Shown: positions 58,382 to 64,000 of the stretch, piece by piece | Numbering within the stretch: the stretch's first letter is position 1 | Layout: the number at the start of each line of letters is the position of its first letter | Assembly (NCBI GenBank): GCA_000002435.2 | Contig: CM018790.1 | DNA: 64,000 nucleotides | Direction: 5' to 3' (one strand) | Source of the DNA: Giardia intestinalis | Lineage: Eukaryota | The notes under the pieces: generated by a model | Databases searched by the model: none | Told to the model about the DNA's origin: nothing | Seen by the model: the letters and a program-made list of their open reading frames with translations, nothing else | Translations under genes and position numbers: made by a program

Positions 58382-61300
58382 ATGTCCGCTTCCGAGACAC
58401 TTTCGTCAGGTGCCGTGCAGGACGGGCAGAAGCAGGCAGCAGGGCACGTCAGGAAGGGGTGTTGCACTAAGAATTACCCTCCTCCACCATCAGACTTTGA
58501 CAAGGCCAACTTCAGCACCAAGCGTCCGCTGCAGAGCCTGTACTGCAGCTGCCTGAACCCCTTTTTCACGTTCATGTCCCCGATAATCAAGAGGTCCGGC
58601 CGCCAGGGAACCCTCTACCTGTCCGACCTCCACCCTCCGGTTGACCGGCACTGCCCTCAGATCGCTGCGACAGACTTTGTACGGGAGTGGAATAAAAAGG
58701 TATACAAGGGGAAGCAGCCCAGCATCATACTGTCGGTCATCAGGGCCTCCATGGGCAGGTTTATTACTGCCTGCATCATGATCCTGTTCTTCGTCGCTGC
58801 ACAGATGGTCGCCCCGTTCACAATCCAACGGATTAGCAATCACCTCATTACAACTGTTCCTGGCAGCATCGGTCAGCAGAAAAATACCTGGGACGCCATT
58901 GTCGCCGTTTTGCAGATTACATACCCATACATTCTAGCCGTGTTCTTTGGGCAGCTCATTTACGCTCTTTCCGACTCGATCCTGTGGTATTTGCTATCAG
59001 ACATGGTGTCGCGCTTCCTGGGCGGGACCCTGGACATCCTGTACAACAAGATGCTGTCTCTTTCGGACATCACCCGCCAAAATTCTGCCGCCGGCAACCT
59101 GGTCAACCTCCTCTTCGCAGACACGATGAGGATCTCGAACTTTATGCTTTTGCTCATCTTCGTGATGACGATGCCGCTGATGTTTGTCTGCTACCTGGTC
59201 TACATGGCCATCGAGATCGACCCCAAAGGGATTGGAGGCCTGATTGCTCTCTTCATCATCCTGCCGATTGTTGGACTGATCCTGTTTGCCTTTACCCGGC
59301 TCCTCTTTTCCTTGCTCAGCATGACAGACCTGCGTGTCAAGAAGATCTCTGAGGTCCTCAACGGAATGAAGGTCGTCAAGCTCTTCGGAATGGAGGATGT
59401 CCAAGAGGCGCGAGTGATGAACATCCGCAACAAGGAGATAGGGATGATTTTCCGCTTTGGCATCATTCTCTCCGGCTTTGGTCTTGTCGTCAACGGCGCT
59501 GCACCGTTGATGTCCCTCTTTGGGTTCCTCTTCTTCATGACCAGCTCAAGCTTTGACGTTGCCAACGCATACACCGCGGTGTTCGTATACAACATGCTGG
59601 GCCTGGTGTTTGTCTTCATGCCACTGATGATGTCCGGGATTTCCGAGTCGAAGATAAGCTCCAAGCGCATCCTGACCTTTATAACGCTTCCGCAGCCGGA
59701 CTACGGGGTCGTCACCCGCGAGAGGTCCTATACCCTTACCAAGGGCGAGACGGTGCCCTACGCAATCAAAACGTCCAACCAGCCCAGCTTCTGCTGGGGC
59801 CTGAGGGAGGACTCCATTATACCGCCGCTCCTGGACCCGATGTTCAAGGACAACATGAAGAAGCAGAGGCAGGTCTTGCAGCTCTATCCCCGATTTAAGA
59901 AGCACTACGAGAAAAAGGTCAAGGAGTACAAGGCGTGGAAGACAAAGAACCCCTCCGTATCCGTGGACGCCACCGAGGAAGACATCCTGCTGAATCGATT
60001 CGACTCTATCGATGTTACCGACAAGGAGGCCGATGCGATGCGCTACATCGACTCGTGGGTCATTGAGTTCGGCCTCCTACCGCCCGACAAGGTGACGTCG
60101 TTCGGCGCCTACATTCCCCAGGCCTACCAGGCGTCCCCGGACGATAACCCCTACCAGGTGCTGAAGAAGACGTTCCTGCACCGGATTGTGGTACGGGGTC
60201 TCTACGACCTGGCCGCCGAGCAGAACCAAGTGTCGCGCGACCTCAAGAAGTACAGGAAAGACCCTGCCAGGTGCAAGCAGATCATTGACGCGCAGCTCGA
60301 CAAGAACCCCAACCACGTTGATCTGCCTCCACGCATCAAGAACCTCGACCTCAGCATACCGAAGGGCTACCTCGTGGGGATCTGCGGGCCTGTTGGCGCC
60401 GGCAAGACCACGCTGTTCTCTGCTCTGCTGGGCGAGCTGCGCCTGGTGAGAGAGCAGCGTGCAAAGCTGGACTCCTACAAGTTTAACAACCTGGAGATCA
60501 AGTTCGACTACCAGACCGGCTTAACGCCTCCTACCTCGTTCGTCGAGAAGTACTCGACGGAGGACCCCAGGTTCGACCCACAGATCCCCCACGTCCACAT
60601 CTACGGGTCCGTCGCGTACTTTGCCCAGTCGTCCTGCATCTTCTCTGGCACCCTGCGTGACAACATCGTCTTCTACCGGCCCTTCGACCGTGCTCGCTAC
60701 GAAAAGGTGCTCGACATCTGCTGCCTGATACCCGACCTCAAGCTCTTCAAGGCGGGCGACCTGACAGAGATCGGTGAAAAGGGCGTCTCTCTGTCGGGCG
60801 GGCAGAAGGCGCGCGTCGCTCTGGCCCGGGCCGTGTACTCGGGCTGTGACATCCTGCTCCTTGACGACCCCCTCTCCGCCGTCGACTCGCACGTCGGGCA
60901 GAGGCTGTGGAACGAGGTCATTTGTGGATTCCTGAAGGAGCAGGGGACCACCGTCTTGATAGCGTCCCACCAGACGCAGTACTTCGGAAACTGCGACCTT
61001 GTCATCAGGATCGAGGACGGGGAGATCGTCCACAGCGACACGCCGGACAACCTGATGAACAAGGGCATCGACTTCGGATTTTCCCGCACCACGTCCGTGG
61101 CCAGCGGGCTAAACAATGCCGGACGCATCGAGAGCGTGGCGAGCCAGCTCGTTATTCCAACCCAGACCGACGAGGAGAAGAGGCGCGACCTGGCGCTGGT
61201 GACCGATGACGGCAACGAGGCCAAGGGGAAGCTCATGCTTGCAGAGGCCTTTGCTCAGCAGGGGTCCGTCTCAGGGACGTTCTACAAGCGCTGGTTCAGG

Positions 61301-63178
61301 TCCGGGTCTCGCTGCAGCCTCCTCTGCTACCTCGTGTTTGTCTTGCTATGGCAGGGATCCACCCAATACCAGGGCGTGTTGATCAATCACTGGGTTAAGG
61401 ACCAGTATCATTTCAAACTGTCTGACACCGATAAGTCGTACAACTACAAGTACATCGGGATTTACGCCGGAATGACCGTGTCTACGATGCTTATGGCCTA
61501 CCTGTCGTCTGTCTTCCTCGTCTCGTTCATTAATTCTGCCGCGCGCGCACTCTTCAAGAAGATGCTCCGATCTATCTTCAGATCGCCGATGTCGTTCTTT
61601 GACACAACTCCGACGGGGCGGATCCTCAACCGCTTCAGCAAGGACACAGACTCCATGGACATCCAGGTGATGCGGTTCATAAACCAGGCGCTGGGGAATG
61701 GCGCGTCGCTGGTAGGGATGCTCGTAATGATATGCGTCCTGGCCTGGCCGGCCCTTATAGTCGTCATCCCGACGATCATCCTCTACGCTGTCATCTTCTT
61801 CATGTTCCGCCGCGTTGCCCCGCAGGTGAAGCGACTGGAGAGCATAACCAAGTCCCCGGTCATCAACATCTGCACAGAGAGCCTTGGGGCTCTGCCGTCG
61901 ATTCGTGCGTACAGCTTCGAGTCCCACTTCATCGCCAAGGCCCGGGAACAGATAACGATCAACTCGTCGGCATACTGGATGCAGATCTCTCTCCCCCGCT
62001 GGCTGAGCTTCCGACTGAACGTCATTGGGGCCTTCTTTTGCGGCTTCATCGCTCTTATCAGCTGCGTCATTGCGCCTGTCAACATCGGCGGGATACAGTT
62101 CATTCAGTATGCGGGCCTGATACTGTCGTACTCCTTCAACATCCAAATGATACTCAGTCAATTCGTCACGGCGTGGGTCCAGGCGGAGGCCGAGGTCACA
62201 TCCATAGAGCGCGTCATGGAGTACGGCGACCTGCCTGCAGAGGACTTGAGCGATAGGGCTAACAAGATCATTGAGTCATGCACGCTGGCGAGCGAACTTT
62301 GGCCCCGTGCTCCAGAGGCGGGAATCAAGGTCAAAAATCTCAACTTCCGCTACCGCCCCGATCTGGATCTAACGCTCAGGGACTGCAACTTTGAGATCCT
62401 GCCCGGCGAGCACGTCGGGGTGGTCGGGCGCACAGGGGCAGGGAAATCGTCGCTGACCGTCGCGTTCTTCCGCCTTGCAGAGCCGGACGCCGGCAGCTCC
62501 ATCGTCATCGACAACGTCAACCTGCTGGCGGATGTTGGCCTTCACCAGGCCCGCCAAGCGATCGCCATCATTCCCCAGGAGCCCTTCCTGTTTTCAGGCA
62601 CGCTGCGCCAGTCCCTCTGTGCTTACTCTGCTTCCGTTGCAGAGGGACTGCAGCCGGGGCCTGGCGTTGAGAAAGTTCCGGACGAGAAGCTCTGGCGGGT
62701 GCTCGAGCAGGTCCGCATGCGCGAGTACTTCGAGAAGCAACCCGGCGGACTCGACGCCAAGATCGCAGCCAATGGGGACAACCTCTCTGCAGGTCAGCGT
62801 CAGCTTGTCTGCGTGGCTCGCGCACTGGTTCGAGAGCCCCGCTGCGTCGTGCTCGACGAGGCCACCGCCCAGGTCGACCGGGAAAACGACCGACTCATCC
62901 AGGACGCTATTCGGGAAAACCTGGCCGACACGACAATCTTCTCGATTGCTCACCGCCTCGACACTATCATAGACTTCGACCGCATTCTCGTCGTTGACGC
63001 AGGTAGAATTGCTGAGTACGACACTCCTGCCAACCTCCTCCGCAGGGAAAACTCCATCTTCAGTCACCTTGTCGCCAAGACGGGGGAGGAGACCGCTGGG
63101 AAGCTCAGAGCCGCGGCCTTCTTGGCGGAGCAGCAACGTGCGAAGGGCGAGAAGGTGGACATCTCTGCGTACTTTTAG
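58382..63178 (+). CDS. ABC transporter, ABCC/MRP-like full transporter (TMD-NBD-TMD-NBD), 1598 aa
   Basis: NBD1 has GICGPVGAGKTTLFSALLGEL (Walker A), LSGGQKARVALARAV (signature) and ILLLDDPLSAVD (Walker B). NBD2 has GVVGRTGAGKSSLTVAFFRL, LSAGQRQLVCVARAL and VVLDEATAQVD. There are two multi-helix TMDs. It is ATG-initiated at 58382, and AGTAAAC lies 28 nt after the stop. Confidence 0.95.
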   Translation: MSASETLSSGAVQDGQKQAAGHVRKGCCTKNYPPPPSDFDKANFSTKRPLQSLYCSCLNPFFTFMSPIIKRSGRQGTLYLSDLHPPVDRHCPQIAATDFVREWNKKVYKGKQPSIILSVIRASMGRFITACIMILFFVAAQMVAPFTIQRISNHLITTVPGSIGQQKNTWDAIVAVLQITYPYILAVFFGQLIYALSDSILWYLLSDMVSRFLGGTLDILYNKMLSLSDITRQNSAAGNLVNLLFADTMRISNFMLLLIFVMTMPLMFVCYLVYMAIEIDPKGIGGLIALFIILPIVGLILFAFTRLLFSLLSMTDLRVKKISEVLNGMKVVKLFGMEDVQEARVMNIRNKEIGMIFRFGIILSGFGLVVNGAAPLMSLFGFLFFMTSSSFDVANAYTAVFVYNMLGLVFVFMPLMMSGISESKISSKRILTFITLPQPDYGVVTRERSYTLTKGETVPYAIKTSNQPSFCWGLREDSIIPPLLDPMFKDNMKKQRQVLQLYPRFKKHYEKKVKEYKAWKTKNPSVSVDATEEDILLNRFDSIDVTDKEADAMRYIDSWVIEFGLLPPDKVTSFGAYIPQAYQASPDDNPYQVLKKTFLHRIVVRGLYDLAAEQNQVSRDLKKYRKDPARCKQIIDAQLDKNPNHVDLPPRIKNLDLSIPKGYLVGICGPVGAGKTTLFSALLGELRLVREQRAKLDSYKFNNLEIKFDYQTGLTPPTSFVEKYSTEDPRFDPQIPHVHIYGSVAYFAQSSCIFSGTLRDNIVFYRPFDRARYEKVLDICCLIPDLKLFKAGDLTEIGEKGVSLSGGQKARVALARAVYSGCDILLLDDPLSAVDSHVGQRLWNEVICGFLKEQGTTVLIASHQTQYFGNCDLVIRIEDGEIVHSDTPDNLMNKGIDFGFSRTTSVASGLNNAGRIESVASQLVIPTQTDEEKRRDLALVTDDGNEAKGKLMLAEAFAQQGSVSGTFYKRWFRSGSRCSLLCYLVFVLLWQGSTQYQGVLINHWVKDQYHFKLSDTDKSYNYKYIGIYAGMTVSTMLMAYLSSVFLVSFINSAARALFKKMLRSIFRSPMSFFDTTPTGRILNRFSKDTDSMDIQVMRFINQALGNGASLVGMLVMICVLAWPALIVVIPTIILYAVIFFMFRRVAPQVKRLESITKSPVINICTESLGALPSIRAYSFESHFIAKAREQITINSSAYWMQISLPRWLSFRLNVIGAFFCGFIALISCVIAPVNIGGIQFIQYAGLILSYSFNIQMILSQFVTAWVQAEAEVTSIERVMEYGDLPAEDLSDRANKIIESCTLASELWPRAPEAGIKVKNLNFRYRPDLDLTLRDCNFEILPGEHVGVVGRTGAGKSSLTVAFFRLAEPDAGSSIVIDNVNLLADVGLHQARQAIAIIPQEPFLFSGTLRQSLCAYSASVAEGLQPGPGVEKVPDEKLWRVLEQVRMREYFEKQPGGLDAKIAANGDNLSAGQRQLVCVARALVREPRCVVLDEATAQVDRENDRLIQDAIRENLADTTIFSIAHRLDTIIDFDRILVVDAGRIAEYDTPANLLRRENSIFSHLVAKTGEETAGKLRAAAFLAEQQRAKGEKVDISAYF

Positions 63179-63193
63179 TCCGAGTGCACCCGT

Positions 63194-63212
63194 GTTTACT
63201 TACTGAGTAAAC
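63194..63212. promoter_or_regulatory. Inverted repeat gtttact-tactg-agtaaac that supplies AGTAAAC poly(A) signals on both strands for the convergent ABC (+) and WD-repeat (-) genes
   Basis: Seen directly in the sequence. The - strand signal overlaps the TAA stop of the WD gene (taAGTAAAC), as is typical for Giardia. Confidence 0.6.
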
Positions 63213-64000
63213 GAGAAGTAGCTATAGCTCATGTCGATTAGGGCACAGTCTGCGCGAAGGAGCTGGATCTTCCTCAGGTAGTTACTCATGAGCCGGGCCA
63301 GCTCCTCGACTGTGCTGGCGATGCGATCCCCATATGCAGAGACGATGGCACCTACCGGATAAGCACGGAATGTCGCTAGCAAGAGGATGGAGCCTAGCCT
63401 CGAGAGACGTCCGTTACGCATCCAAATCTGTGCCAGATGAAGCAGCTCTGGTACACGAATAAGACCTGTGGCCTCGATAGCCTCCGCCAGAAATCTCATT
63501 TGGTCCTCAGAATCGCATACCTTTGCTATGATCTTTTGCAAGTAAATGTCTGCATCTCTGACAGATCGTGCTGTATGTGGGACCGTGTCTATTCGATTCT
63601 TTGATGTATAAATGTTGAGAGCTAATCGAAAAGCCTTGACAACAGCATCTCGGTCTAATGAGGAGCCAACAAGTACGCTTTCAACCTCTTCCTTCTGGAG
63701 GATACAGAGGCTTTCCGCTTCTTTCTCCTTTTGTCGCACCTCCTCTGTGTTATCGACATACCAGCGTATAATACCGTCGCTATCTCCGGTAATACAAGCG
63801 CGGCCATCATCTAAAACTATGAGGCCCCACATTTTCCTGAGACTCTCTGTGCCATACAGATGGTCAACTTCAAGACCGAGGTCGCGGATCTTCCGTGCAT
63901 TTTGTAAGGACAACACACAGTCTGCTGTCTCCAAATTCCAGACCTTTATTAAACCGTCTGCTCCAACAGATACAAGCTGCTGCCCATGAGACATGAAGCA
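63200..64000 (-). CDS. C-terminal part of a WD-repeat protein; the N-terminus lies beyond the right window edge
   Basis: The translation begins mid-WD repeat (…GADGLIKVWNLETADCVLSL…), followed by a ~200-aa helical C-terminal domain. The frame is still open at nt 64000 (…CF upstream of the listed Met). Confidence 0.7.
   Translation of the reverse strand, partial: CFMSHGQQLVSVGADGLIKVWNLETADCVLSLQNARKIRDLGLEVDHLYGTESLRKMWGLIVLDDGRACITGDSDGIIRWYVDNTEEVRQKEKEAESLCILQKEEVESVLVGSSLDRDAVVKAFRLALNIYTSKNRIDTVPHTARSVRDADIYLQKIIAKVCDSEDQMRFLAEAIEATGLIRVPELLHLAQIWMRNGRLSRLGSILLLATFRAYPVGAIVSAYGDRIASTVEELARLMSNYLRKIQLLRADCALIDMSYSYFSFTQ

Noticed and set aside
60521-63136. Long antisense ORFs inside the ABC transporter gene (e.g. 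60521–61033-, 60697–61236-, 61346–62161-, 62594–63136-, 59200–59670-)
   Set aside because: The ABC gene is ~60% GC with GC-rich third positions, so the opposite strand is stop-codon-poor. The peptides are Arg/Pro/Gly-rich nonsense and overlap a gene with unmistakable NBD motifs.
1-64000. Prokaryotic-style systems (CRISPR arrays, operons, defence islands, IS elements)
   Set aside because: All signals indicate a eukaryotic diplomonad genome: a 72-nt nuclear-type tRNA without encoded CCA, AGTRAAY poly(A) signals, ankyrin/RING/WD/ribosomal eukaryotic proteins, and A/T initiators. No direct-repeat/spacer arrays or Shine-Dalgarno-coupled gene strings are present.

Overview
This window is nuclear DNA from a diplomonad, most likely Giardia intestinalis or a close relative. 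The evidence is intron-less, tightly packed genes, short A/T-rich initiators immediately upstream of ATGs, AGTRAAY poly(A) signals overlapping or just after stop codons, a cysteine-rich VSP/HCMP-type surface protein, and several ankyrin-repeat 'Protein 21.1'-like paralogs. It is not prokaryotic, and there are no CRISPR arrays or operons. The supplied ORF track uses alternative starts (GTG/TTG/CTG), so several listed starts lie upstream of the real ATG, or at the window edge. Gene content from 8.3 kb to 64 kb is housekeeping and cytoskeletal. It comprises a truncated SF1 helicase, an axonemal dynein intermediate chain, a proteasome alpha subunit, KRR1 and RPL5 sharing a 32-bp divergent promoter, a cytosolic carboxypeptidase (Nna1/CCP-type tubulin deglutamylase), prefoldin, a UAA/SLC35 nucleotide-sugar transporter next to ALG14, an ankyrin+RING E3, a 6,739-aa giant ORF carrying a single P-loop, and an ABCC/MRP-type ABC transporter. 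The unusual part is 1.16–8.33 kb. This is a ~7-kb stretch with no credible coding capacity, split sharply into an AT-rich half and a ~3-kb GC-rich half, and it carries a lone tRNA-Asp(GUC). Immediately beside it lies an SF1B helicase ORF that is open for ~557 codons but lacks its Walker-A half and any ATG, so it is either a pseudogene remnant or a split/trans-spliced gene. I cannot name a defined novel 'system'. The items most worth follow-up are the helicase fragment, the desert's GC-rich block and the giant P-loop ORF.
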